Shown here: positions 42,018 to 52,543 of the stretch, piece after piece
Layout: every line of letters starts with the position of its first letter
Position numbering within the stretch: the stretch's first letter is position 1
Assembly: GCA_963840855.1 (NCBI GenBank)
Contig: CAWJBB010000068.1
Coordinates: 55,678 to 119,677, forward strand
Direction of reading: 5' to 3'
From: an uncultured delta proteobacterium
GTDB lineage: Bacteria; Desulfobacterota; Binatia; UBA9968
DNA length: 64,000 nt
The notes under the pieces: model-generated
Seen by the model: the letters and a program-made list of their open reading frames with translations, nothing else
Told to the model about the DNA's origin: nothing
The model's database searches: none
Program-made: the position numbers and the translations under genes

Positions 42018-42465
42018 TTACCACCCTACCAGGCCGGTCGGGAGCGGGATGGCCAGCCAGTGACCGAACAGAAAATGGATGCTCACCGCTGTCCCGATCG
42101 CTGCAACCCCGCACGTAATCCACCGATGTCCTCCTATCAATCGCATCGTGGCGCAGATGAAGAGACCAAATCCGACAGAAAAACCCAGAAGCGGGAAAAA
42201 GAGAAAGGTGGTCACAATAACCACTAGGACCTTGACTGCCATCCGGGTTCTCGGCTGGAAGAATGATTCCCTCGTGTTGGCCACACGAAGCTCCTGCGCG
42301 GTCACGACGGTAGCGCAGGCGGCGAGCACGTAGCCAATCCACGTAGGCAAAAACCCGGGGCCCGGACCATAGTCCGAATCGATACGGGAGTTGGCGCGAA
42401 AAGAAGATCACCGCAATACCCAGCGCCAGCACGGCGAATCCGCCGAAGACTCTCGCATGCCACAT
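42018..42465 (-). CDS. tctB: TctB; frameshifted
   Basis: YGPGPGFLP across frames, four TM segments, IPLPTG; lies between tctC and tctA. Confidence 0.8.
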
Positions 42466-42545
42466 GCTAATCCCACGAAGAAGAGACCTCACCCACGTTT
42501 CGGTTTGCGGGTGCGGGGGAGGCGTTGATGATTTTCTCTGTCTGC

Positions 42546-43548
42546 TTACTTGAGCAGCCCCAACTCAGTCAGGAGGGTCTTGAACTGCTGCTCACTCTGG
42601 GCCACAAAGGTCGGAAAACTCTTTGCTGCCCATCCAGGAGGGGCTGAGCAGGTATTTCTCCAAGTATTTTTCCTTCCACGCGGGGCTTTCGGCCATGCGC
42701 TTCATGACGTTCTCATAATAGGCTGCCGCCGCCGCAGAGATTCCAGGGGGCGCGGCGATGCCCCGGAACATCCTGAACGTGACGTCCAACCCCTTTTCCT
42801 TGAATGTAGGGACGTCCGAAAACTTGGAAAGGCGGCCTTCCCGAGCAACGATGAGAGGCCGCACGAGCTTGCCCTCCCACTGTGAGAAAAACTCGCCGGG
42901 ATTGGCCCAACTCAATTCCGTGTGCCCGCCGAGCAGTGATGTGATCACCTCCCCGCCGCTGTTGTACGGAATGTACCGGAGTTTGATCCCCGCAGCCCGC
43001 TCAAATATACGGTTGCACATCTGGTCTTCCTGCCCGGTTGCTGTGCCCCCGATGGTTACCGCTCCGGGACGCTGCTTCGCCGCCGCCACAACGTCCTCGA
43101 TGCTCTTGAAAGGAGAGTCCGCTTTCACGACGATCAAATTCTCATCGATCGCCAACCCGGCAATCAAGGTCAGATCATGGTACGTTGCCGCCCCCTTTCC
43201 CGCCGCCAAGGGCGCCGCTACCTGCCCGGAGATGAAAGTGACCAGCATGTGCTCGTTTCCCGGCGACTGGGCGACCGCCGTTGTTCCCACGGTGCTACTG
43301 CCACCGGGCTGGTTAACCACGATAAGCGGCGTGGGGTTTAGATTTGCTCCCTGAACAACGCTCGCCATGGACCTCGCGAACACATCGCTGCCCCCACCCG
43401 CGGCGTATGGAACAATGAACTGAATTGGCTTCGTAGGTTTCCATTGTTCTGCGGCCTTCCCCAGACCTCCGGGGACGAGCATCGCCAGAAGGACCAGTAC
43501 AAGCAGTTGAACCGGTCGAACTATGCAGCCACTCTTACTCGCGCTCAT
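42546..43548 (-). CDS. tctC: TctC/Bug substrate-binding protein; frameshift near the C-terminus
   Basis: IVPYAAGGGSDVFAR, NQPGG, PYNSGG, VPTFKE.G, ends TELGLLK. Confidence 0.92.
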
Positions 43549-43953
43549 GTTTGACCTCCCGTCTATTTGACATGCTCACCATTCGATAACCGTCCGCTCT
43601 TCAGTCATCTCGAAGTCAATGCTAGGAATTTGTCTTTGAGGTCCGGCCACTCTCCCGCGCAATCACCCCGTGCTCTGCGTTTTAAGAGCTGCGAGCAGCC
43701 GATCCAAAGGGTGACCTAACTTAGGAGGTTCGGCCTTTGGCGCGGAGGTTATCCAATCAGGTACCGTTATGTCAACTTGGGATTTTACGGTAGCGATGAG
43801 TAGGTTGAGTTCTTCGAGGTCGGTCAGCGTCGATTTGCTCTATCAATAGGCTTGATAAAATCGAGGCCACGCGGCGCTACATAGGCGTATTTGGGACGTT
43901 GCACGGAGAGCGAGGAGCGATAAACGACTTAGGCGACGTTAATTCAACCGGCC

Positions 43954-45328
43954 TTAGCCGGTTGCGACCCGGGCGGTAAGCCATCGCGCCGTGCGCAGCA
44001 GCCGCGCGTCGCAGGCGCGGGCCCAGAGCTGGAGCTATAGGTACGCCGCCGCGCGGGCCGACGAGCTGGACACCTATGGGTAACCCGTTTTTGGCTTGCA
44101 TGAGCGGCAAGCTGATGGCGGGCATACCGCACAACGTCCAAAGCGTGCAGAAGGAAGGATCGCCGGTGGCGTCGAGTCCTTTCGGCGCCGGGCCAGGAGC
44201 GGCCGGTGTGATAATTGCGTCATAGCGTTGTTCGAAAAGTTCAACCAAGCTTTTGTGAATCGGATCGATCCGCGCCAGCGCCCGTTGATAATCAATCGCC
44301 CGCACTTCCAGTCCCTGCTCGATCTGCTTGCGCAGCTTTTCCGAGAGACGATCTCGCCCCGTATTATATTCACGCTCCAGATTCAAAGCCATTTCGGCGC
44401 TCATGATCGTCTGGTGCTGCTCCCACGCTTCGGTGGCCGACGGAAATAGCTCGACCTCTTCCAGCCGGTCACCCAGATGTTCGACTAGCTCCGCGAAGCC
44501 TTCCTTGGTGTCGCCGTCAGCGCGCTCCCACATGGGCGTCTTGACCAGCGCGAACATCGGCTCAAGCGGCGGCTCTTCGCCGGCGACTTGGGTGAAAGGG
44601 ATGCGCGCCCGCGGCCTGGTGTCAGGGTCATGCTCGTCATAGCCGATAAGTTGCTCGGCAAGCAGCGCGATGTCATCCACGGCGCGCGCAAACAGGCCGA
44701 CATGATCCAGGGTGCGGGACAATGCGGAGACACCGTGGCGGGAAATGAGACCATGAGTCGGCTTGAAACCAACAACGCCGCAATAAGCCGCGGGACGAAT
44801 CGTGGAGCCGTTGGTCTGGCTGCCAAGCGCGAGGGAAACCATGCCCGAAGCAACCGCCGCAGCGGAGCCGCTGGACGAGCCGCCCGGTGTGTGTTCGGGG
44901 TTGTGCGGGTTACGGGTTTTTCCAGGAAAAAAATAGGCGAATTCCGTGGTCACGGTCTTACCCATGATCACGGCGCCCGCCGCGCGCAGCAGTGAAACCG
45001 CCGTAGCATCGCGCGACGGCGTGCGCCCCTTGTGCAAAACTGAGCCGTTCTCCGTCGGCATGTCGGCGGTGTCGAAGATGTCTTTGATGCCTACGGGAAC
45101 GCCGTGCAGCGGACCCATCGGCTGACCGGAAAGACGTAGCTCATCGGCGGCGCGCGCTTGCGCCAGAGCATGATCCGGAGCGAGAAACGCCCACGCCTCA
45201 ACTTGCGCGTCGACTTCGCGAATGCGCGCGAGGAAAGCTTCCACCAGTTGCTGCGAGCTGATCACGCCTTCGCGGATCAGCCTTGCTGCCTCGGTCGCGG
45301 AAAGCAAATGAAGATCAGTTAGATCCAT
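43954..45328 (-). CDS. Amidase signature family protein; C-terminus disturbed by a noisy duplication
   Basis: GVPVGIKD, PGGSSSGSAAAV, GSQTNGSTIRPA; probable true end DARLLRTARWLTARVATG at 43954. Confidence 0.92.
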
Positions 45329-45357
45329 GATGGTAAAGGAGTCGTTATCGTAATTTT

Positions 45358-45453
45358 AATGCAAAGTGAAAAGTGCAAAATGCAAAAGTTAAAGTGGCTG
45401 AGAGTCCGGAGACTTCATTTTTCTATTTGCACTTTGCATTCTGCAATTTGCAA
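45358..45453. repeat. 7-mer hairpin element (aatgcaa family, related to 39444-39550)
   Basis: aatgcaa agtgaaa agtgcaa aatgcaa / ctatttg cactttg cattctg caatttg. Confidence 0.8.
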
Positions 45454-47535
45454 TCAGTTTCCGTAGAGAAACTCCGGCAACCACAGCGTCATGCCCGGCC
45501 AGACGTACATAAAGACCAGACAGATGCACACGATAATCATATAGGGCATCATGCCGGCGAAAATTTGATTGAGAGTGACATGGGGCGGTGCGACGCCCTT
45601 TAAGTAGAATGCCGACATCGCCACGGGCGGGGATAGAAACGCCGCCTGCAGGTTCACCGCAACCATGGTGCCGAATAGGACTGGGTCCACTTGAAAGTGG
45701 CTCAACAGCGGAATGAAGATCGGGCAGAAGATTACGATGATCTCAGTCCACTCGAGCGGCCAGCCGAGCAGGAAAATGATCAATTGCGAGATGATCAGAA
45801 AGCCAACTGGCGACAGGTTCATCCCCAACACCCAGCGTTCGATAAGTCCTTGGCCGCCATGCAACGCGAAGACGCCGGAGAACAGCGCCGAGCCGACAAA
45901 GAGCCAACACACCATCGCTGTGGTCTTCGCTGTCAGGAATACCGATTCCTTGAGGTTCTGCCGTAGCTCGGGCGACTTCGGCAGGGCCCACAGCAGAGGT
46001 ATCACGGTTCCCGCGAACACGCCGCTGAGACTTCCTGACACGAGCAACGTCACGAAACCGCCGCGAGGCCAGCCGAGCGCAAGACCGACGATCGCCCCGG
46101 CCAGGCTCGACCACCAGACACGGCTTGGGTATTTCATCATGACCGCCAAATAGAGCGCTCCGAGTGCCCCGATCGCGGCCGACTCGGTGGCGGTGGTAAT
46201 CCCGAACAGGATCACCGCGAGAACTACGACGGTGAGCACCCCCAGCGGCACTACAGAAACCACTAACTCCTTCAAAATCTCCAGCTGGTCGCCATCCATG
46301 CGCCAGTAGTAGACGGCAAGCAAGATCGCACCGACGGCAGCAAACGCCCAGAACCAAGCATAGAAGTGCTCAGGGATCTTCCCCGCCGCCGATACGCTCG
46401 TCGGTTCGGTCAGTGAGCCCATCTGCTCGGGCGGCGCGTCGGCAGGCTGGGACGGCTCCGTCGACTCAACAGTCGTCTCCGCAGTGCCGAGCTCCTGCGG
46501 TTTCTCCTCCGGTGCAGCGAGCCCCTGTGCTGAACTTGTCGAAGCATCCTTAGATGTCTCCAGCTCGGTCGAGGAAGGCGGCGCCGTTGGAACGGTCTGG
46601 AGCGCGGGCACCGCTGCGCTCGTCGCTGCCGCAGGCGCGTTGTAGATCGTAACGTACCACCAGGCCGTGCCGAATGTGGCAACCGTCAGCGCCAGGGGTA
46701 CCATGGCCGCGAGCAGGTTCTTCCAGATCAGGCCGTAGCCCACGGGCTGACCGTCCGCGGTCTTCCCGCCCCGCAGCAGTCCTGGTCGGAACGCGGCAGC
46801 AATGATACCGCTGAGAACCCGCCGAGACCGGCCTCGCTCCAGTCGCTGCAGCCATTCCGGCACCTCGGTGCGGTACAGGCCTTCCGGTAACTTCGGCGCG
46901 ATCTTCGGGTTAATGATCGCCCAGCCGAGGATGTAGACAAGATAGAGAAAAGTAAGAAAGAAGCCCGGCAGCATCGCTGCCGCATACAGCTTCACGATCG
47001 ACTGCCCGGCCACAGCCGCGTACACGATCAACATCACCGAAGGAGGGATCAAAATACCGAGAGTACCGCCGGCGGCTATCGCGCCGGAGGCGAGCCGCAC
47101 ATCATATCCGGCATTCAACATCGGACGCAACGCAATCACGCCCATCAGCACCACCACGGCGCCGACAATGCCGGAGGCGATCCCCCAGAACGCGCAGACT
47201 AGCAGCGTCGTCACGGCGAGCGAAGCGGGCACCCGCCGAAACGCAAGCTGGACGCTATGGAACATCCGGTCGACCAGCGCCGCGCGTTCCATGATGTAAC
47301 CCATGAAGACAAACAGCGGCACAGACAGCAGCGTGTCATTGACCATGACGCCGTAAGTCCGCTGCACCATCAGATCGAAAACCCGGTTATCGTACCAGTG
47401 CTGACCCGGGATCCAGAAAGCCAAGAAGCCAAAGACCATTCCTAGCCCCATGAGCGTAAACGCGGTGGGAAAACCCATCATGATCGCGATCACGATGAGC
47501 CCGAGCATGGTCAGGCCGAGGATCGGATCGCTCAT
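45454..47535 (-). CDS. dctM: TRAP transporter large subunit with a long internal insertion
   Basis: GGTLGILIPPS, TATESAAIG, FLSPP; Pro/Ala/Thr/Glu-rich insert. Confidence 0.92.
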   Translation of the reverse strand: MSDPILGLTMLGLIVIAIMMGFPTAFTLMGLGMVFGFLAFWIPGQHWYDNRVFDLMVQRTYGVMVNDTLLSVPLFVFMGYIMERAALVDRMFHSVQLAFRRVPASLAVTTLLVCAFWGIASGIVGAVVVLMGVIALRPMLNAGYDVRLASGAIAAGGTLGILIPPSVMLIVYAAVAGQSIVKLYAAAMLPGFFLTFLYLVYILGWAIINPKIAPKLPEGLYRTEVPEWLQRLERGRSRRVLSGIIAAAFRPGLLRGGKTADGQPVGYGLIWKNLLAAMVPLALTVATFGTAWWYVTIYNAPAAATSAAVPALQTVPTAPPSSTELETSKDASTSSAQGLAAPEEKPQELGTAETTVESTEPSQPADAPPEQMGSLTEPTSVSAAGKIPEHFYAWFWAFAAVGAILLAVYYWRMDGDQLEILKELVVSVVPLGVLTVVVLAVILFGITTATESAAIGALGALYLAVMMKYPSRVWWSSLAGAIVGLALGWPRGGFVTLLVSGSLSGVFAGTVIPLLWALPKSPELRQNLKESVFLTAKTTAMVCWLFVGSALFSGVFALHGGQGLIERWVLGMNLSPVGFLIISQLIIFLLGWPLEWTEIIVIFCPIFIPLLSHFQVDPVLFGTMVAVNLQAAFLSPPVAMSAFYLKGVAPPHVTLNQIFAGMMPYMIIVCICLVFMYVWPGMTLWLPEFLYGN

Positions 47536-48209
47536 GATTTTTTGTGATCCTCGACATCCACGGCACTGCGATGACGCGCCGCTTCGTCAATAGCATGGGC
47601 CGACCCCATAGCGGTACGACGCGACTCTTCGTCGATGAATTCGCTATGCGAGAGCTGGGTTTCGATGACATCGATTTCCTCGACGTCCTCGAGCCGCGCG
47701 GGCCACGCGCCGGTTTGCAGGCACAGGATGCAGCGGAAGATCTCGGCTATCCCCTGGAGCATCACCAGCGCTCCCGCGATGGGAATCACCGATTTGAAGT
47801 GATAAATGGGCGGCCCCTCCGCGGTCACCGTCGAGTGCTCCCCGATGCGCCACGATTCCTCAGCGTAGCCGTAACCAGCGTAACTCAGCGCCAGGATGCC
47901 TGGAATGAAAAAAAGAAAATAGAGCGCGAGATCGAGAGCCGCTTGTCGGCGCGGTGAGAGCCGCCCGTACACGAAGTCGGCGCGGACATGCCCGCCGAGC
48001 GCGAGTGTGTAAGCACCGCACATCATGAATAGCGTACCGTAGAGCATGTTGTTCAAATCGAAAATCCAGGCCGTTGGCGCATTGAGGATGTAGCGCTTGA
48101 AGACCTCTACGGAAATCACGAAGGTCGCTGCGACGATCAGCCAGGCGAAGGCCTTGCCCGACCAATAACTGACATCATCGATGGTGCGAATCAGATCCTG
48201 AGAGTTCAT
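47532..48209 (-). CDS. dctQ: TRAP transporter small subunit
   Basis: EVFKRY.LNAPT.W, GHVRAD. Confidence 0.9.
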   Translation of the reverse strand: MNSQDLIRTIDDVSYWSGKAFAWLIVAATFVISVEVFKRYILNAPTAWIFDLNNMLYGTLFMMCGAYTLALGGHVRADFVYGRLSPRRQAALDLALYFLFFIPGILALSYAGYGYAEESWRIGEHSTVTAEGPPIYHFKSVIPIAGALVMLQGIAEIFRCILCLQTGAWPARLEDVEEIDVIETQLSHSEFIDEESRRTAMGSAHAIDEAARHRSAVDVEDHKKS

Positions 48210-48240
48210 GGATTAGACAGGCTCACCACAGGTTGCTGCA

Positions 48241-48281
48241 CAAAAGACGCCAGCCATCCGCCACATGGCGGATGGCTGGCG
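48241..48281 (-). terminator. 16-bp inverted repeat between dctP and dctQ (attenuating terminator or mRNA stabiliser)
   Basis: cgccagccatccgcca / tggcggatggctggcg, followed by tctttt on the minus strand. Confidence 0.7.
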
Positions 48282-48307
48282 GGATGGCGAGGAAGGGTCA
48301 CGGAGAG

Positions 48308-49487
48308 CTAGCTCTTCTTCGGCTCGGGTTTGGCCGCCGGGGCCGCGGGCTTGCCGAAGTAATGGTTATAGGCCATGCGCGGGCTGATTTGGGTATCGAG
48401 GTACCACTTAACCGTCCGCTCGGCGAACTGGCGCTGCGAGGCCTCGATCTCTTTAAACAGCGGGTTCTCCGCCGACTTCTTCGCCGCGGCTTGGTCGTAC
48501 ACCACGAGCTGCCGCTGCAGCACCGAGTCGGGAGTCCTGTAGAACCTCACTTTGTCCTTGGTCTGCATCTCGATGTAATCCTTCGAGTAGCGGTCGATCG
48601 CCTTCCAAGACATGTCCTGGGAGGCCGCCTCCACCGCGTACTCGATGAGCGCCTTCATCTTCGCCGGCAGGGCATCGTACTTGGTCTTGTTGAACGTGAT
48701 CTCGAACTGCTCGGCGCCCTGATGGTAGCTCTGCAGCATGCACACCTTGGAGACGTCGGGGAAGCCAAGGATGCGGTCCGAGCGACGCGTTGTTGAACTC
48801 CGCGGCATCGAGGAGGCCCCGGTCCATCGCCGGCACGATCTCGCCGCCCGGGAGCGCGTTCACCGCCGCGCCCAACCCCGTAAACACGTCGATCGAGAGG
48901 CCCACGGTGCGGAACTTGAGCCCCTTAAAATCGTCGGCCTTGGTGACCGGCTTTTTGAACCAGCCGAGCGGCTGAGTTGGCATCGGGCCGTAGGGAAACG
49001 ACACGACGTTGGCGCCGATGGAGGCGTAAAGTTTGTTGAGCAACTCCTTCCCGCCGCCGTACTTGTGCCAGGCGAGCATCGTGTTGGCATCCATGCCGTA
49101 GCTCGGCCCCGACCCCCAGAGTGCGACCGCCGTCTGCTTGCCGTAGTGGTATACGACCACGCCGTGACCACCGTCGAGGGTTCCCTTGGAAACCGCATCC
49201 AGAAGGCCGAAGGCGGGCACCACCGCGCCCGCGGGCAACACCTCGATCTTCAAGTCTCCGCCGGTCATGTCGTTGACCTTCTTTGCGAAGTCGTTGGCAT
49301 ACTCATGGAAGATGTCTTTCTGCGGCCACGTGCTTTGCCAGCGCATCGCGATCGGCCCCGTCTGCCCGCGAGCGATCATCGGGAAACCCAGAACCGCCGC
49401 GCCACTTGCGGCCACAGCCGTTTTGAGAACGTTACGTCGCGTGATCTTTTCGGATTGTTTTCCTTCGGCTTTGTTTTGCTCGATCAT
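48308..49487 (-). CDS. dctP: TRAP substrate-binding protein, TakP-like, Tat-exported; frameshift near 48785
   Basis: TRRNVLK Tat motif, WQSTWP, GLKFRT.GL, LPGGEIVPAMDRG.LDAAEF. Confidence 0.9.
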
Positions 49488-49580
49488 GGTCCGTATCCTT
49501 TCTTTATTGTTTATTGGCACGCACAGTCGCGGCAACCGACTATATACACGCTTGGGCTGATTAACGTCAATTGCTTTTAA

Positions 49581-49666
49581 GAAGCCAGAATTCAGGGTCA
49601 GTATCCAGAAGTTGCCGGGCCCAACAGTCCGGCTTCCGGATACTGAATTCTGGGTTCCCTGGCTGA
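49581..49666. repeat. Degenerate 7-mer hairpin (ccagaat / attctgg family)
   Basis: aagccag aattcag..tatccag / ttccgga tactgaa ttctggg. Confidence 0.55.
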
Positions 49667-49673
49667 CAGCCAG

Positions 49674-49703
49674 TTGACACCTGCTTGGACAGTCCGCTAC
49701 GCT
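49674..49703 (+). promoter_or_regulatory. Putative sigma70 promoter for glcDFE
   Basis: TTGACA-N18-TACGCT, 10 nt before the ATG. Confidence 0.55.
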
Positions 49704-49713
49704 CCTTCACACC

Positions 49714-51150
49714 ATGGCTGGGATTGAACTAATCAACGAACTGCGCGCCATCGTCGGCGCGCGCTTCGTTCTCACCGAAAAGGAAGACACCATCGTCTAC
49801 GAGCAAGATGGCTCGATCTTTCAAGTCATGCCGGAGATCGTCGTCGTGCCCGCCGATACCGAACAAGTGTCGGCGGTCATCAAAGCGGCCAGGCGCGCGA
49901 ACGTTCCCATTATTCCCCGTGGCTCGGGAACCGGCCTCGCCGGCGGCGCCGTTCCCGCGGAGGGCGGCATCGTCCTCTCGCTTGCGCGATTGGATCGCAT
50001 TCTGAAAGTCGACCTGCAGAGCCGCATCGCCATCGTCGAGCCCGGCGTGATCAATGCCGATGTTACCAAAGCGGTGGCTAAAGATGGATTTTTTTATGCG
50101 CCGGACCCGAGCAGCCAGGCTGCCTGCTCAATTGGCGGCAACGTCGCCAACAATTCCGGCGGGCCGCATACGCTCGCCTACGGAGTCACGACCAATCACG
50201 TGCTCGGCATCGAAGTGGTACTTGATGACGGAGAGATATTCTGGCTCGGCGGCGAAGTCCCGGATACCCCTGGCTACGATCTCTGCGGTGTCTTCGTCGG
50301 TTCCGAGGGCACGATGGGCATCGTCACCAAAGTCGCCGTTCGTCTGATGCGAGTCCGAGAGTCGGTGCGCACGCTATTGGCCATCTTTGATCAAATGGAC
50401 CACGCCACCCAGACCGTCGTTGATATTACTTCTGCCGGCATTATTCCGGCGGCGCTGGAAATCATGGACCGCACGACTATTGAGGCGATCGAAAAGGGCG
50501 CACCGGTCGGTTTGCCGCTGGATGCCGAAGCCGTTCTCATCGTCGAGGTCGATGGCTTGCGCGAATCCACCGGGCGCTCAGTTTTGCTCGCCCAGGGTAT
50601 TTGCCAACGAAACCACGCCAGAGACACCAAAGTCGCCCAGGACGAAAACGAAAGACAGTCTCTCTGGAAAGCGCGAAAGGGCGCCTTTGGCGCCATGGGC
50701 GCGCTGGCGCCGAACTATTACGTCCAAGACGGCGTGGTGCCGCGCAGCAAACTGCCGGAAATGATGCGGCGCATCGCCGCGATCGGCAAACAGTTTAACC
50801 TCCGCATCGCCAATGTATTTCATGCCGGCGACGGCAACTTGCACCCCAATATTCTTTTCGACATGCGCGCGCCGGGCGAGTTGGACCGCGTCGTCGAAGC
50901 CGGCGCCGCGACATTACGCGCCTGTATCGAGCTCGGCGGCAGCATCACCGGCGAGCATGGCGTGGGCTTGGAGAAAAAAGCCTATATCGGTCTGTTATTC
51001 AATGAAGCGGACCTGGAAGCGATGAGCCGTGTGCGCAAATCTTTTGATCCCGATGGCCGGTTTAATCCGGCAAAACTCTTCCCCACGCCGGCAAGCTGCG
51101 GCGAGGTGCGTCTTCAGCCTGCGTCGATTCCGGCGGGGTTATGGATCTAA
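49714..51150 (+). CDS. glcD: Glycolate oxidase FAD subunit GlcD
   Basis: PRGSGTGLAGGA, YAPDPSS, GSEGTMG, HAGDGNLHP, GEHGVG. Confidence 0.93.
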   Translation: MAGIELINELRAIVGARFVLTEKEDTIVYEQDGSIFQVMPEIVVVPADTEQVSAVIKAARRANVPIIPRGSGTGLAGGAVPAEGGIVLSLARLDRILKVDLQSRIAIVEPGVINADVTKAVAKDGFFYAPDPSSQAACSIGGNVANNSGGPHTLAYGVTTNHVLGIEVVLDDGEIFWLGGEVPDTPGYDLCGVFVGSEGTMGIVTKVAVRLMRVRESVRTLLAIFDQMDHATQTVVDITSAGIIPAALEIMDRTTIEAIEKGAPVGLPLDAEAVLIVEVDGLRESTGRSVLLAQGICQRNHARDTKVAQDENERQSLWKARKGAFGAMGALAPNYYVQDGVVPRSKLPEMMRRIAAIGKQFNLRIANVFHAGDGNLHPNILFDMRAPGELDRVVEAGAATLRACIELGGSITGEHGVGLEKKAYIGLLFNEADLEAMSRVRKSFDPDGRFNPAKLFPTPASCGEVRLQPASIPAGLWI

Positions 51151-51154
51151 ACTT

Positions 51155-51222
51155 GGTCTAGAGTCTTGGGTCTAGCGTCTCGGGTTTAAAACGCTAGACT
51201 CGGGACCCCTGGACCCGAGACG
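51155..51222. repeat. 7-mer hairpin (ggtctag / gacccga family)
   Basis: ggtctag agtcttg ggtctag cgtctcg / ctagact cgggacc..gacccga. Confidence 0.65.
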
Positions 51223-51237
51223 AAGGAATACGCGCTT

Positions 51238-52542
51238 TTGGAAACACTGCATCAAACCATTGGGAGTACAGACCCACCCAAGATACCGAGCCTCGATCTC
51301 CCCGAACTCTATAACTGCGTCCATTGCGGTCTTTGCTTGAACCAGTGCCCGACTTATCGCGCGCTTCGGTTGGAGCCGGAATCGCCGCGCGGGCGGATTC
51401 ATCTCGTGAAAGCCGCCGCCGAAGGGCGTATCGAGCTTAACGAGCGCTTCAAAGAGCATATCTATCTATGTTTACTTTGTCGCGCCTGCGAGACGGCCTG
51501 TCCGTCGGGGGTACAGTATGGCCGCATCGCAGAGGCCGCGCGGGAACACCTCGGCCCGCCGGGCTCAAAGCTCGCCCGCGCGGTCCAGAACTTCGTCTTC
51601 ACGCGCTTGCTGCCTCATCCAAAGCGGCTTAGAGTTTTAGCCAGCCTGCTGCGATTTTATCAACGGAGCGGACTCCAGAAGCTGGTTCGTCCGCTGCTGC
51701 CGGTAAAGCTCGGCGACATGGACGCCATGTTGCCGTCCATTCCGAAGAAATTCTTCGAGCCTAAAGCGATCACACTCGCCGCCGTCGGCGCGCGCCGAGC
51801 CCAAGTCGCCATGCTCGACGGCTGCGTCATGCCGCTTCTTTTCGGCGAGGTAAACGCCGCGACGGTGCGCGTCCTGCGGCGCAACGGCTGCGACATCGTA
51901 TTTCCTGAGGATCAGACCTGTTGCGGCGCACTGAACATTCATAATGGCGAACAGAACGCCGCCAAGGAGATGGCACGGCGCAACATCGATGCCTTTCTGG
52001 CGGCCAACGTCGATGCCATCATCGTCAACGCCGCCGGTTGCGGCGCGGCGATGAAGGAATATAGCTACTTGTTGCGCGACGATCCCAGCTACGGCGATAA
52101 AGCAAAACGCTTCAGCACGCTGGTAAAAGACGCCGGCGAATTTCTCGCTGGACTCGGGCTTAAAGGAAAACTGGGACGGCTGGAAACGACGGTAACCTAC
52201 CAAGACCCCTGCCATCTCGCCCACGGCCAGCGCGTCCGCGACCAGCCCCGCAAGTTGTTGCGAGCAATTCCGGGGCTAGAACTCAAAGAAATGACAGGCG
52301 CCGACCACTGCTGCGGCAGCGCCGGTATCTACAACATTACTCACCCCGACATGTCGCGCCGTTTGCTTCAAGAAAAAATGCAAGCCATCGCGGCGACGAA
52401 AGCAGGCGCCGTCGTAGCGCCCAATCCCGGCTGCATGCTGCAGCTTCGATATGGCGCGCGCGAGTTTGGACCGAATCTCACCGTGTATCACTTGATGGAT
52501 CTGCTCGACCGCTCCTATAGTCAAGCTGACGCAGCGGAATGA
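51238..52542 (+). CDS. glcF: Glycolate oxidase Fe-S subunit GlcF
   Basis: CVHCGLCLNQCPT, CLLCRACETACP, two CCG domains. Confidence 0.92.
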   Translation: METLHQTIGSTDPPKIPSLDLPELYNCVHCGLCLNQCPTYRALRLEPESPRGRIHLVKAAAEGRIELNERFKEHIYLCLLCRACETACPSGVQYGRIAEAAREHLGPPGSKLARAVQNFVFTRLLPHPKRLRVLASLLRFYQRSGLQKLVRPLLPVKLGDMDAMLPSIPKKFFEPKAITLAAVGARRAQVAMLDGCVMPLLFGEVNAATVRVLRRNGCDIVFPEDQTCCGALNIHNGEQNAAKEMARRNIDAFLAANVDAIIVNAAGCGAAMKEYSYLLRDDPSYGDKAKRFSTLVKDAGEFLAGLGLKGKLGRLETTVTYQDPCHLAHGQRVRDQPRKLLRAIPGLELKEMTGADHCCGSAGIYNITHPDMSRRLLQEKMQAIAATKAGAVVAPNPGCMLQLRYGAREFGPNLTVYHLMDLLDRSYSQADAAE

Positions 52543-52543
52543 A

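Noticed and set aside
44010-44085. Extended amidase C-terminus (VPIAPALGPRL...)
   Set aside because: A noisy ~32-bp duplicate of the adjacent LPIGVQLVGPR codons shifts the frame; probably an assembly artefact
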